The notes beneath the pieces are model-generated. The model had not been told where the DNA came from, made no database searches, and saw only the letters and a program-made list of their open reading frames with translations. A stretch of DNA of 64,000 nt from an uncultured delta proteobacterium (lineage in GTDB: Bacteria > Desulfobacterota > RBG-13-43-22): NCBI GenBank assembly GCA_963790475.1, contig CAWBOS010000012.1, forward strand, positions 512,001 through 576,000. Direction: 5' to 3'. Both the position numbers and the translations under genes were made by a program. The stretch's first letter is position 1. Every line of letters starts with the position of its first letter. Positions 19,481 through 29,614 of the stretch are shown here, in pieces.

Positions 19481-19996
19481 ATGGACATTCAACCGAAGAT
19501 AGAATATCTGGAGGTGGTGGACGAAGACAACCAGGTTATCGGGATTGCCGACCGTCAGGAAATCCATGAAAAAGGCTTACGCCATCGTTCGGTCCACATC
19601 TTTATTTTCAATACCCGGGGAAACCTGTATCTCCAGAAACGATCTCCCTCCAAAGACCAGTACCCTGAACACTGGGACACCTCTGCCGCCGGGCACACCG
19701 ATCCCGGAGAATCGCAAAAAGAGGCGGCCCGAAGGGAACTGCAGGAAGAATTGGGTTTGGATGTGCCATTAATGGAGGTGCTTCAATACCCGGCCTGTCT
19801 GGAAACCGGTTGGGAATTCGTGACCCTCTTCACGGCCCGAACCGATGCCCCCATTCATCTCAATCTGGAAGAAGCCACGACCGGAGACTATTTCTCCCCT
19901 GATCAACTGAGCCAATTACTGGCCGACCCCCTGCAAAAAATCGCTCCCGGTTTTCCGGTTTTGTATGCCCTCTATCAAAGCAAATTTGCCGAATAA
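19481..19996 (+). CDS. NUDIX hydrolase (YfcD/IPP-isomerase-like)
   Basis: HRSVHIFIFN, LQKRS..KD..P..WD..AAGH and Nudix box GES..EAARRELQEELG. Confidence 0.88.
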   Translation: MDIQPKIEYLEVVDEDNQVIGIADRQEIHEKGLRHRSVHIFIFNTRGNLYLQKRSPSKDQYPEHWDTSAAGHTDPGESQKEAARRELQEELGLDVPLMEVLQYPACLETGWEFVTLFTARTDAPIHLNLEEATTGDYFSPDQLSQLLADPLQKIAPGFPVLYALYQSKFAE

Positions 19997-20116
19997 AACC
20001 CGATCATCCAACAAGAATGACTTGAATATTAAATAGTCTTGTTATGTTAATCGGATCATCCGACATATCCCCTATTCCCGGGAAGGGCTTTTCATTGATG
20101 GCCAACCGGCATTTCT

Positions 20117-20329
20117 TCAAAAAACTGTGAAAGTTGATGTTGCCCTAAAAAAAAAGACAGTATAGTTAGAGGACACTTCATATATTTTTTGAATTAATCT
20201 TGTCCAGTTCCAGTTGGGTTTGGCGTTCTCATATGGCTCCAAGAAACAGGGAATGAGATCATACATATTTTCTTTTTGACGAAGCCCCTGAGAAACGCTA
20301 CTATAATAACTGTAATTAAATCTTATCAA
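20117..20329 (-). pseudogene. Relic of an IS91-family (Y2) transposase C-terminus
   Basis: YYSSVSQGLRQKE...WTRLIQKIYEV resembles the conserved YYSN.SRG.R...WARLIQKIYEVDPL segment. Confidence 0.6.
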
Positions 20330-20342
20330 AAGGGATGAAGAG

Positions 20343-21071
20343 ATGCGTTCACTATTTGTCCTTATCGGATTCGTCCTGGCGGTCCTTTCAGGCTTAGCCG
20401 CTGTTCTATCAGGATTCGGAAGCCGATGGGACTGGTGGCATTTTGCAACGGGCTTTCTAATTCTGAGATGGGCCGCTTACGGAGGCATCGCTGCCGCCTT
20501 GATTTCGGCTGTGGGAGCGGTGGTCACCCGGCCGGGGCGGATGCGTCGAGGCTTTATCCTTTCGGTATGCGGTCTCATCATCGGGATCTTGGTCTCTGGT
20601 ATTCCTTTAAGCTGGTGGCAAACCGTCAAGAAAGTGCCGCCGATTCATGATATTACCACCGACACGGAGAATCCGCCCGGCTTTGTCTCGATCCTTCCCC
20701 TTCGGAAGAAGGCCCCAAATCCGGCTGAATACGGCGGGTCGGAAGTAGCGGCCCAGCAGCGTAGAGCCTATCCCGACCTTGTCCCGGCCATCCTTCCCCT
20801 TCCATCCAACCAGGCATTCGAACGCGCCTACAGGAAGGCACGGGAGATGGGATGGAAGATTGTCGATCAAAACCAGGCAGAGGGACGAATCGAGGCAACG
20901 GACACCACCCGGTGGTTCGGCTTCAAGGATGATATCGTGATCCGAGTCAGGCCGGAGGCCACAGGAAGCCGCGTCGACGTTCGTTCAGTTTCGCGCGTGG
21001 GGAAAAGCGACGTGGGCACGAATGCCAGAAGGATCCGAAAATACCTGAAAGCGCTGACGGAAAAAGGATGA
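20343..21071 (+). CDS. DUF1499 domain membrane protein
   Basis: Three N-terminal TM helices; PPIHDITTD, WFGFKDDIVIRV and RSVSRVGKSDVGTNARRI motifs. Confidence 0.9.
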   Translation: MRSLFVLIGFVLAVLSGLAAVLSGFGSRWDWWHFATGFLILRWAAYGGIAAALISAVGAVVTRPGRMRRGFILSVCGLIIGILVSGIPLSWWQTVKKVPPIHDITTDTENPPGFVSILPLRKKAPNPAEYGGSEVAAQQRRAYPDLVPAILPLPSNQAFERAYRKAREMGWKIVDQNQAEGRIEATDTTRWFGFKDDIVIRVRPEATGSRVDVRSVSRVGKSDVGTNARRIRKYLKALTEKG

Positions 21072-21243
21072 CTTGATCCTCTCAGTCTGCATAACTTTTT
21101 AATCCATCAAATTAACCCAAATTCGTCTCACAGCCGATGGGCAACTGTCTTCTCAGGGTGATTGGTGTAGGAGAGGGGGGATTCGAGAAAAGTACCATCC
21201 CTATTTTTATTCAACTATTCTGATTTATTTATAAGGTGAGAAA

Positions 21244-21576
21244 ATGAACTGGAAAGATTGGCTTGACCTCAACATTGACCTTTCCAAGATAAAGAACCAC
21301 GAGGACTATCGAGAATTGTGGCAACGGTTGGGGAAAATTGAGATTAAAATGACAGAAAAGCATGAAGAGTGCAAACATAATGTGGGAGACATCTTCATTT
21401 ATGAGAATCCCTACAAGAGACCGAAAGATGTTTGCGAAGCCTTGCTCCATGTATTTGATTTGTATGTCTGGCGGGTGGCCTTGGGGTTTCCTTCCTGGAA
21501 TAGTGAAAACAGAAAGGTGTTTAAGCTTCACTGTCCCGATCCTAAGGGAACGGTATGGGAGATGAGAAAAATATAA
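21244..21576 (+). CDS. Small Cys-motif protein, TIGR04076-like
   Basis: C.H.VGD.F...C...CPDP pattern. Confidence 0.55.
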   Translation: MNWKDWLDLNIDLSKIKNHEDYRELWQRLGKIEIKMTEKHEECKHNVGDIFIYENPYKRPKDVCEALLHVFDLYVWRVALGFPSWNSENRKVFKLHCPDPKGTVWEMRKI

Positions 21577-21634
21577 AATCCAGAATTCAGGATTCAGCAA
21601 TCAGTAATCAGAAAAAGGATACGAGGATAAAGAT

Positions 21635-22804
21635 TTGAGCGACATCCGCATTGATGAAAAAGAGCTCTTAAAGGTTGTGCAGAATTTCATACGCATTGAA
21701 TCAGTGAATCCCGATCTGTCCGGGGTAGGGAACGGGGAAGGGCTCATTGCCGAACACATTGGGAAATATCTGACCGAGACGGGTATTGAGGTTCATTTTC
21801 AGGAAATAAAACCAAACCGGGTCAACGTAATCGGAGTTCTGAAAGGGAGCGGTGAAGGCAAGGCCCTTATGCTGAATGGGCACACCGACACGGTCGGCAT
21901 AGCCCGGATGGATATTGAACCTTTAAATCCGGTATTCCGGGAGGGAAAGGTCTATGGCCGGGGCAGTTTTGATATGAAAGGCGGCCTGGCCGCCATGATC
22001 ATCGCTGTCAAAACCATCATCGATGCCGGCTTAAAACCCAAGGGGGATGTTATCCTGGCCTTTGTGGCCGATGAGGAATACCTGAGTCTGGGGACGGAGG
22101 TTTTGGTCAAGGAATACCCTGCCGACGCCGCCATCCTATGCGAGCCGACCAACCTAAAAGTTTGTATCGCCCATAAAGGCTTTGCCTGGATCAAGGTTGA
22201 GATCTTCGGCAAGGCCGCCCACGGCAGCCGACCGGACAGAGGGATCGATGCCATTGTCAAGGCCGGAAAGTTTTTGGCCCGGATAGAGGAACTGGGAAAG
22301 GGTGCCCTGATTCAAAAAAAGCACCCCATGCTGGGGTCGCCTTCTATCCATGCCTCGCTGATCAAAGGAGGTACCGAACTCAGCACTTACCCTGATTATT
22401 GTCTGATCGAATTGGAAAGAAGGTTCATTCCCGGGGAATCCGTTAAAACGATTGAAGCAGAAATGCAGACCCTGATCGATGACCTGGCATCAAAAGATGA
22501 ACAATTCAAGGCCAAATGTGAGGTATCTTTTTCCAGGCCCCCCCTTGAAGTGGCCAGGGATCATGAAATCGTCGGCGCCTTGACCAGGGCCTATGCCAAC
22601 ACTGTAAAAAATGACCCGGAATTCATTGGCGTGGGCGGATGGATGGATTCGGCCATCCTGGCCGAGGCCGGTATTCCTTCGGTGATTATTGGTCCGGCCG
22701 GGGAGGGGTTTCATGCCGCGACCGAATATGTGGATTTCGCCTCGGTCGTAACCCTGACCAAAATTCTGGTCGATACGATCATAGATTATTGTGGAGTCCT
22801 TTAA
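21635..22804 (+). CDS. ArgE/DapE (peptidase M20) family deacylase
   Basis: LNGHTDTV, GRGSFDMKGG, ADEE, CEPT, GKAAHGS and H...EYV motifs. Confidence 0.92.
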   Translation: MSDIRIDEKELLKVVQNFIRIESVNPDLSGVGNGEGLIAEHIGKYLTETGIEVHFQEIKPNRVNVIGVLKGSGEGKALMLNGHTDTVGIARMDIEPLNPVFREGKVYGRGSFDMKGGLAAMIIAVKTIIDAGLKPKGDVILAFVADEEYLSLGTEVLVKEYPADAAILCEPTNLKVCIAHKGFAWIKVEIFGKAAHGSRPDRGIDAIVKAGKFLARIEELGKGALIQKKHPMLGSPSIHASLIKGGTELSTYPDYCLIELERRFIPGESVKTIEAEMQTLIDDLASKDEQFKAKCEVSFSRPPLEVARDHEIVGALTRAYANTVKNDPEFIGVGGWMDSAILAEAGIPSVIIGPAGEGFHAATEYVDFASVVTLTKILVDTIIDYCGVL

Positions 22805-22811
22805 CTTTTTA

Positions 22812-22958
22812 TTAGACAGGATTAACAGGATTTATTTCATTCAGCCTTTCCGGAAGAAAGGCTGAAAAAGTCTTTTCGCCGATGGCGAGAGATCAATTCT
22901 TCTCTTTCTTCTGGAAAGGGAGAAATTGATCTTCTCTATCCGTGTAAATCCTGTCTAA
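22812..22958. repeat. Nested palindromic intergenic element
   Basis: Outer arms TTAGACAGGATTAACAGGAT / ATCCGTGTAAATCCTGTCTAA enclose TCAGCCTTTC-CGGAA-GAAAGGCTGA and a second TTTC..GAAAG hairpin. Confidence 0.75.
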
Positions 22959-22984
22959 GAAAAGTGTTATGAAAAGAAATCAAT

Positions 22985-23150
22985 GAACAAACATTACCTC
23001 AGAACTTAAAAGTTTTGCCGGAAATCTCGGCGCCGATTTTTAATCGGAGTGGCCGATCTGGGAACGTTTCGAAAAGGATTACCCCTTTTTCCAGAAACCT
23101 GATAGAATCTTATTCTTATGTCCTACTATTGGGGTTCGTTTAAAGGATGC
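22985..23150 (+). pseudogene. Frameshifted N-terminal relic resembling QueG-like (epoxyqueuosine reductase-like) Fe-S proteins
   Basis: Fragments ITSELKSFAGNLGAD / IGVADL...F..G.P / IGVRL occur across frames. Confidence 0.35.
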
Positions 23151-23213
23151 GGGAGGGGGCTTGACCGAGACGGATTTGGAATGGATATAATTTTATCTGC
23201 CTGGAGGTATCTT

Positions 23214-23417
23214 ATGAAATACAAAGTAAATCTTAAAAAGACGGAAGAAGGTTATTCTGTATGGGTTCCAGGGTTGCCCGGTTGTTGGTCTCAAGGGAAA
23301 ACGGAAAAGGAAGCCTTGGACAATATAAAAGACGCCATTCAGGGTTACTTACAAACAGTTGAAGCATTAACCAAAAACAAAGAGACTCGCTTCGTTGAAG
23401 TGGAAAGTTATGCCTAA
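23214..23417 (+). CDS. hicB: HicB family antitoxin (short, no DNA-binding domain)
   Basis: EEGYSVWVPGLPGCWSQGKTEKEALDNIKDAI; RBS GGAGG. Confidence 0.92.
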   Translation: MKYKVNLKKTEEGYSVWVPGLPGCWSQGKTEKEALDNIKDAIQGYLQTVEALTKNKETRFVEVESYA

Positions 23418-23622
23418 ACTTTCAGGAATTAATCATCAACGAGCAATTAAAGTCTTCAAAAAAGCGGGTTTTTGGATTGCAAGAAAAGGAAAACATATAA
23501 CTATGACGAATGGGGAACGAATCATTACCATCCCAAAAGCAAATCCCGTAGATGCCTTTACAATGGCAGGGATTGTCAGGGATTCCGGGCTTAGCCTTGA
23601 ACAATTTAATGAGTTGTTATAA
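23410..23622 (+). CDS. hicA: HicA family toxin (mRNA interferase)
   Basis: MPKL...KAGF..ARKGKH...IITIP...IVRDSGLSLEQF; overlaps hicB by 8 bp. Confidence 0.9.
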   Translation: MPKLSGINHQRAIKVFKKAGFWIARKGKHITMTNGERIITIPKANPVDAFTMAGIVRDSGLSLEQFNELL

Positions 23623-23636
23623 GGAACGGTAAACCA

Positions 23637-25370
23637 ATGACTATTCGCCTGGCCCTGGCTCAAATCAATACCACCGTTGGAGATTTATCAGGTAACCGCG
23701 ACAAGATCATGGAAGGTCTGGAAAAGGCCCGTGAAATGGAGGCCGATCTGGTGGCCTTTCCGGAGTTGGCCGTCACCGGATATCCCCCGGAAGACCTATT
23801 GCTTAAACCGGACTTTGTGGAATCGGCCCAAGAAATTTTAATCAATTTGGCTCCAGCCACCAAAGGCTTGTTGGCTGTAATCGGTGGCCTGTGGGTGGAA
23901 AATGATCTCTACAATGGAGCGGCCATATTTTCCGACAGGCAATTAATCACCGTCTATGCCAAACATTTTCTGCCCAACTATGGGGTCTTTGATGAAAACC
24001 GTTATTTTCAGATGGGCCAAAAAAATCCGGTCTTTCGTTTCCAAGATGGTCTCTTGGGAGTTAGCATTTGTGAAGATATCTGGTATCCCACCGGTCCGCC
24101 CCATTTTCAGGCCGGCATCGGCGGGGCCCAATTACTTATCAATATTTCCTCTTCTCCCTATTATCTGGGAAAGGGACGGGACCGGGAGCGCATGCTGGCC
24201 ACCCGGGCTGCGGATGATCTCTCCTTTCTGGCTTACTGCAACCTGGTAGGGGGCCAGGATGAATTGATTTTTGACGGCCAGAGTATGGTCTTTGATCCTC
24301 AAGGGGAAGTGATCGCCCGGGCCGGTCAGTTCGTCGAGGATTTCCTGATCGTAGACCTGGACCTGAAGGAAGCCTTTCGCTGGCGTCTCTTTGATCCCCG
24401 CAGGCGGAAACAAGCCGAGGAAACCGGGTCTGATATTCAACTCATTGAGATCCCTAAAATCCCAATCCCCAAAAAATCAACTCTGGTTTCTCCTAAAAAG
24501 ACAGCCCCTCTTTCTCACGAGGCCGAGGCCTATCAGGCCCTGGTACTTGGAACCAGAGATTATTGCCGTAAAAATGGTTTCAGCGCGGTGGTAGTCGGTC
24601 TTTCTGGTGGTATCGACAGCTCTCTGACAGCGGTTGTTGCCGCTGACGCCCTGAGTCCGGACCAGGTTTACGGTATTGCCATGCCCACCCGCTATTCCTC
24701 TTCCCACAGTCTGGAAGATGCCGAAGAACTTGCCCGGAATCTGGGAATCCATTTTTTAAACATCCCCATCGAACCGGTCTTTCAAGCCTATTTGGAAATT
24801 CTGAAACCCCATTTTAAGAATCTTCCCGAAGACCTGACCGAAGAAAACCTTCAACCCAGGATCCGGGGGACTCTACTCATGGGGTTGTCCAATAAATTTG
24901 GCTGGCTGGTTTTGACCACAGGAAATAAAAGTGAAACCGGTGTGGGCTACTCCACCCTTTATGGAGACACCGCCGGGGGCTTTGCCGTGCTCAAGGACGT
25001 CCCCAAAACCTTAGTTTATGCCTTAAGCCTTTATCGAAACCAAATCCAAGAAAAAGAAGTGATCCCCAAAAGGGTTTTAGACAAGCCCCCCTCGGCTGAA
25101 CTCCGACCCGATCAAAAAGACTCGGATTCACTGCCGCCTTATGAATTACTTGATCCGATCTTGGAGGCTTATGTGGAAGAAAGCTGCTCCTTGGATGAAA
25201 TTGTCCAAAGGGGTTTTGAACCAGAGATGGCCAAAAAGGTGATCCGGATGGTAGATCGAAATGAATATAAGCGGCGTCAAAGTCCTCCGGGAATTAAAAT
25301 CACCTCCAGGGCCTTCGGCAAGGATTGGCGCCTGCCGATTACGAATCGGTATACCGGCAAGACCTCCTGA
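23637..25370 (+). CDS. nadE: Glutamine-dependent NAD+ synthetase
   Basis: Nitrilase domain (FPEL, K..LPNYGVFDE.RYF, ICEDIW) plus synthetase domain (GLSGGIDS, TGNKSE, KPPSAEL). Confidence 0.97.
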   Translation: MTIRLALAQINTTVGDLSGNRDKIMEGLEKAREMEADLVAFPELAVTGYPPEDLLLKPDFVESAQEILINLAPATKGLLAVIGGLWVENDLYNGAAIFSDRQLITVYAKHFLPNYGVFDENRYFQMGQKNPVFRFQDGLLGVSICEDIWYPTGPPHFQAGIGGAQLLINISSSPYYLGKGRDRERMLATRAADDLSFLAYCNLVGGQDELIFDGQSMVFDPQGEVIARAGQFVEDFLIVDLDLKEAFRWRLFDPRRRKQAEETGSDIQLIEIPKIPIPKKSTLVSPKKTAPLSHEAEAYQALVLGTRDYCRKNGFSAVVVGLSGGIDSSLTAVVAADALSPDQVYGIAMPTRYSSSHSLEDAEELARNLGIHFLNIPIEPVFQAYLEILKPHFKNLPEDLTEENLQPRIRGTLLMGLSNKFGWLVLTTGNKSETGVGYSTLYGDTAGGFAVLKDVPKTLVYALSLYRNQIQEKEVIPKRVLDKPPSAELRPDQKDSDSLPPYELLDPILEAYVEESCSLDEIVQRGFEPEMAKKVIRMVDRNEYKRRQSPPGIKITSRAFGKDWRLPITNRYTGKTS

Positions 25371-25490
25371 ACTGATCTGAATAGATGCTCAGACCTTTTT
25401 CTCAATTTCAAGTAATGAAGGATTGACCAGGATTTGAAGATTTCGGTCGGTTCCTCATCTGTAAATCCCATTTTCCTCGGAGGCCCCGCC

Positions 25491-26852
25491 ATGAGCACGC
25501 AGCGCCACCGCAAGCTCGATCCGGTTGAGCTTCGGATCGAAAAGGCTCTCCAACCCAACCGCTTCATCGCGTACACCGCTTGTTCCGAGTTTATCGAGGG
25601 GATCGAGGCGGTTCAGACTGAGATCGCAAGACTCGTTGAAGGCGAACCGGCGCGCGCCGCATTCCTCTACGAGACCTTCCTCGCGGGCTGCTATGAGAAG
25701 GCCGAGGAAATCGACGATTCGGGCGGCAGCTTCGGGCAATTCGTCGAAGCCCTCTTCCTCGGCTGGATCAAGGCCCGCCAGGCCGCGGTAGTGGATCCGA
25801 ACGAGACGGCCTCGCGCCTGCTCGCCTGGATGGACGAGGACCCCTATGGCTTCTGCTACCGAATCGAAACAAACGTCGCCAAAGGACTCCACAAGGCGGG
25901 CCTTGCGGCCTTCGAGCGGCAGGTCCGGGCGCGATTCGACGTCGTGGCCCTCACCGCACCCTCGCCGGACGGGTCTCCCCGGCAGAATTCGGAGTATGTT
26001 CGCCGCCGCTGGGGCGAAGTGCTGCGCACACTCTACCTTGCCCAACGAAACATCGAGGCCTACGTCGCCCTCGCCGAGGAAACAGCCGTCACGGCGGAAG
26101 ACTGCCACGCCGTCGCTACGCTTCTTGCCAGCCGCCGGAAATTGGCAGACGCCCTGGCCTGGGTGGATCGGGGGGTCGAGCTCAATAACAAGGCGCCCCA
26201 TGAGTCCATGGCTGGCTACCAACTCGCGAAACTCAAGCGGGTGCTGCTCAAAAAGCTGGGCCGCGGCCAGGAGGCGCTCGAGGCTGCCTGGGCGCAGTAC
26301 CGGAAGCACCCGAGCCTGTTTTCCTACGAGGAGCTGATTGAATTCGTGCCCAAGCCCGACAGGGACTTCTGGCACGAAAAGGCTCTGGAAGCAGTGAGGG
26401 AGGGGGATCTGAGTTCAGCCATCGAGCTTCTTTTGGGGATCAAGGAGCCCGAACGCCTCGTCGAACGGCTGCGCGACGCCAGCGACGACGCCTTGGAGGA
26501 CCTCAGCCACTACACCACCGAACCGGCCGCGGAGAAGCTCGAGAAGTCGCATCCGGACGTAGCGGCAAGGCTCTGGCGTGCCCAGGGGATGCGAATCCTC
26601 AACGGGAAGAAGAGCAAGTACTACGACGCCGCGCTCGCAGACTTCGAGAAGGCACGGCGGTGCTTCGAGAAGGCGGGACTGACCACCGAATGGGAACTGA
26701 CCGTAGCGAAAGTGAACGTCCAACACCACCGAAAGACGGGATTCATGCCCGGTTTCGAGGAGATCGTCCGGGGCTCAGGACCGAGCACCCAGCCCTCGTT
26801 CATAGAACGTGCGAAGGCACGCTGGGGCGGCAGGCAGACTAAGGACGGGTAG
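25491..26852 (+). CDS. High-GC helical-repeat hypothetical protein (possibly DUF6880-like)
   Basis: Long ORF with RBS GGAGG; IDDSGGSFG and KSKYYDAA motifs; visibly higher GC and different codon usage than its neighbours. Confidence 0.7.
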   Translation: MSTQRHRKLDPVELRIEKALQPNRFIAYTACSEFIEGIEAVQTEIARLVEGEPARAAFLYETFLAGCYEKAEEIDDSGGSFGQFVEALFLGWIKARQAAVVDPNETASRLLAWMDEDPYGFCYRIETNVAKGLHKAGLAAFERQVRARFDVVALTAPSPDGSPRQNSEYVRRRWGEVLRTLYLAQRNIEAYVALAEETAVTAEDCHAVATLLASRRKLADALAWVDRGVELNNKAPHESMAGYQLAKLKRVLLKKLGRGQEALEAAWAQYRKHPSLFSYEELIEFVPKPDRDFWHEKALEAVREGDLSSAIELLLGIKEPERLVERLRDASDDALEDLSHYTTEPAAEKLEKSHPDVAARLWRAQGMRILNGKKSKYYDAALADFEKARRCFEKAGLTTEWELTVAKVNVQHHRKTGFMPGFEEIVRGSGPSTQPSFIERAKARWGGRQTKDG

Positions 26853-27127
26853 ACGTTCCGCATCCCGGCTGAAGCAGGGAGGAAAACCAATGAACCGACC
26901 AGGAACGGGTGACAAGGATCTGGAGAAGCACATCAGGGAGGTCACTTTCGACAAAAGGGGACGCGCAAAAGGGGACGTTCGTGCAGAACGCGCTTTGCTA
27001 TTAACCGGCAGCAACGGGGGCATGGAGTGAAATCATCATCTCTTTTTAATATGTTTTCCAAACAGTATTCCTCTTTATCAATAGACTATCCTATCCATGC
27101 CCATGTCGAGAGCCTGTTTTCACGCGA

Positions 27128-27187
27128 GCCGAACGATGAGCTAAGAGGCGCCGCGTAGCGGCGTCCTACTTGAGCGATTCGTTATGT
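27128..27187 (-). mobile_element. Integron attC recombination site (solitary)
   Basis: Minus strand ACATAAC-GAATC-GCTCAAGT-AGGACGCCGC-TAC-GCGGCGCCT-CTTAGC-TCATC-GTTCGGC: R''/L''/L'/R' boxes with an extrahelical base in L'', 60 bp. Confidence 0.8.
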
Positions 27188-27239
27188 TCTTACATAGGTC
27201 TATATTGGCCATAGGCGTAAATTTATTTGGGGCTGCGAC

Positions 27240-27395
27240 TTACAGCCGTGTTTACTTGCCAGAGCAGCCAGATGCGCGTCCGTTACCAGGTTGGCGACGG
27301 CCTGGCCTTCGATCAACATTTTCCGAAAAATGATCCAGTGCCGGGCGGTGGGATGGATGAGGCGTGCGCAGGGTTGATCCAGCCAGCCTGCGATA
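27240..27395 (-). pseudogene. Internal fragment of a VapC/PIN toxin
   Basis: WLDQPCARLIHPTARHW...GQAVANLVTDAHLAALA..HGC; lacks the N-terminal PIN Asp and the final STDxDF motif. Confidence 0.7.
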
Positions 27396-27465
27396 TCTTT
27401 CTTGACACTATTGTCTTTTTTCAATATCTTTTATCCATTAGAAAAACTAAGGAAGGGATCCTCCG

Positions 27466-29418
27466 ATGAAAACACCATTATGGGAACCATCCCCGGAAAT
27501 GATCGAAAAAACAAATATGACCCGGTTTATCAAGTTTGTGAACCGCAAATATGGAATGACCATCAAGGACTATCCCGAGCTCTATGCCTGGTCCATTGAT
27601 AAAATCCCGGACTTCTGGGCGGCCATGTGGGAGTTTGGTGCCATCAAGACTTCGCACCCATTCGACCGGGTGATCGATGACTTAAATAAAATGCCCGGGG
27701 CCCGATGGTTTGAAGGGGCCAGACTCAATTACGCTGAAAACTTGCTCCGTTATCGGGATGACCAAACAGCTTTGATCTTTAAAGGGGAAGCCCTGGAAGC
27801 GAAAAAGATCACCTATAAAGAATTGTATTCTCGGGTTGCTGCCTTAGCCAAGTCTCTTAAAGAGTTAGGGGTCATTCCGGGAGATCGGGTAGTCGGTTTC
27901 ATGCCTAATATGATGGAGACCATCATCGCTATGCTGGCCGCCACTTCATTGGGTGCGGTCTGGTCTTCCTGCTCGCCTGATTTCGGGATAAAAGGAGTCC
28001 TGGACCGTTTTGGGCAGATCAAACCTAAGGTCCTTTTTACGGCCGATGGGTACACCTACAATGGAAAGACCTTTGATTCCATCGGTCGCATTTCCGATAT
28101 TGTCAAGGACCTTCCTTCCATTCAAAAGGTCGTTGTCGTTCCTTATACCCAGGAAAAACCGGACCTCGGTCCCATTGCCAGGTCCATCCATTACCAGGAA
28201 TTTATTGCTCCGGAGACCGACCCGACCATTGACTTTGTTCAGGTTCCGGCCGACCATCCCCTGTACATTATGTATTCTTCGGGGACCACAGGGCTTCCTA
28301 AATGTATGATCCAGAGTGTAGCCGGCATACTGGTAAACCAGCTCAAAGAATTGATGCTCCATACCGATCTTAAACGGGAAGACACCATCTTTTATTTCAC
28401 TACCTGCGGTTGGATGATGTGGAACTGGCTGACCAGTTCCCTGGCCTGCGGGGCCACCTTGGTCTTGTTCGACGGGTCCCCCTTTTACCCCGATCCCGGA
28501 GTTTTGTGGAAACTGGCTCAGGATGAACGGATCACCGTCTTCGGAACCAGTGCCCGCTATATCACCTCCCTGGAGAAAGAGCAGATTCGGCCGGGCAGGG
28601 ATAATGATCTGACCCCCTTGCGTGCGGTCCTCTCCACCGGATCCCCTCTTCCTGTGGAGGGATTCCACTATATCTACCGAGAGGTAAAAAAGGACGTTCA
28701 ATTGTCGTCCATCTCCGGGGGCACAGACTTGAACGGCTGTTTTGCTCTCGGAAATCCTTTGCTTCCGGTATATGAAGGAGAGCTCCAATGCCGCGGCCTG
28801 GGATTGAAAGTGGAGGCCTTTAATGGACAGGGGAGGCCGGTGGTCGAGGAATTGGGGGAACTGGTCTGCACCGCTCCCTTCCCTTCCATGCCCCTTTATT
28901 TTTGGGATGACCCGGATAATGAGAAATATTTGAACGCTTATTTCAAACCCTTCCCTGGGGTCTGGTGCCATGGTGATTTCATAAAAATCACTGAAAACGG
29001 CGGGGTGGTCATTTACGGCCGCTCCGACGCCACGCTCAATCCGGGGGGGGTGCGTATCGGCACAGCCGACATCTACCGCCAGGTAGAGACCCTGCCGGAG
29101 ATTGCCGATAGCATCGTTGTCGGACAGGATTGGGACAAAGATGTACGGATCATCCTTTTTGTCAAAATGGCCGAGGGGGTGCAGTTGGACGACACCTTGA
29201 TGAATAAGATTAAAAAGACTATCCGGGAGAACACCACCCCCCGCCATGTACCGGCCAAGATCATCCGGGTGGCCGATATCCCTTATACCATTAATATGAA
29301 GAAGGTGGAGTTGGCAGTCCGCAATGTGATTCACGGGAAACCGGTATTGAACAAAGATGCCCTGGCCAACCCCGAAGCCTTGGATCTGTATAAGGATTTA
29401 CCTGAACTCCAAAAATGA
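27466..29418 (+). CDS. Acetoacetate--CoA ligase
   Basis: [42 protein letters not shown] and [16 protein letters not shown] motifs. Confidence 0.95.
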   Translation: MKTPLWEPSPEMIEKTNMTRFIKFVNRKYGMTIKDYPELYAWSIDKIPDFWAAMWEFGAIKTSHPFDRVIDDLNKMPGARWFEGARLNYAENLLRYRDDQTALIFKGEALEAKKITYKELYSRVAALAKSLKELGVIPGDRVVGFMPNMMETIIAMLAATSLGAVWSSCSPDFGIKGVLDRFGQIKPKVLFTADGYTYNGKTFDSIGRISDIVKDLPSIQKVVVVPYTQEKPDLGPIARSIHYQEFIAPETDPTIDFVQVPADHPLYIMYSSGTTGLPKCMIQSVAGILVNQLKELMLHTDLKREDTIFYFTTCGWMMWNWLTSSLACGATLVLFDGSPFYPDPGVLWKLAQDERITVFGTSARYITSLEKEQIRPGRDNDLTPLRAVLSTGSPLPVEGFHYIYREVKKDVQLSSISGGTDLNGCFALGNPLLPVYEGELQCRGLGLKVEAFNGQGRPVVEELGELVCTAPFPSMPLYFWDDPDNEKYLNAYFKPFPGVWCHGDFIKITENGGVVIYGRSDATLNPGGVRIGTADIYRQVETLPEIADSIVVGQDWDKDVRIILFVKMAEGVQLDDTLMNKIKKTIRENTTPRHVPAKIIRVADIPYTINMKKVELAVRNVIHGKPVLNKDALANPEALDLYKDLPELQK

Positions 29419-29457
29419 GATGGAACCTTTAACCGAACTGCTTAACTTTTAAAAAGA

Positions 29458-29592
29458 TTGAAGGTCTCGTGAAAAGGCATCAAGACTGTCACCCCGGCGA
29501 AAGCCGGGGTCCAGTTATAGTAATTGTTCCTGGATTCCGGCTTTCGCCGGAATGACCAAGAAATTGCCTTCTGCTTTTTGCTAATTCATCAG
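29458..29592. repeat. REP/RPE-like palindromic miniature element
   Basis: GTCACCCCGGCGAAAGCCGGGGTCCAG (29488-29514) and inverted CTGGATTCCGGCTTTCGCCGGAATGAC (29530-29556), inside imperfect outer arms TGAAGGTCTCGTGAAAAG / CTTTTTGCTAATTCATCA. Confidence 0.8.
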
Positions 29593-29614
29593 GATTGTCA
29601 GTCAGAAAATTATT

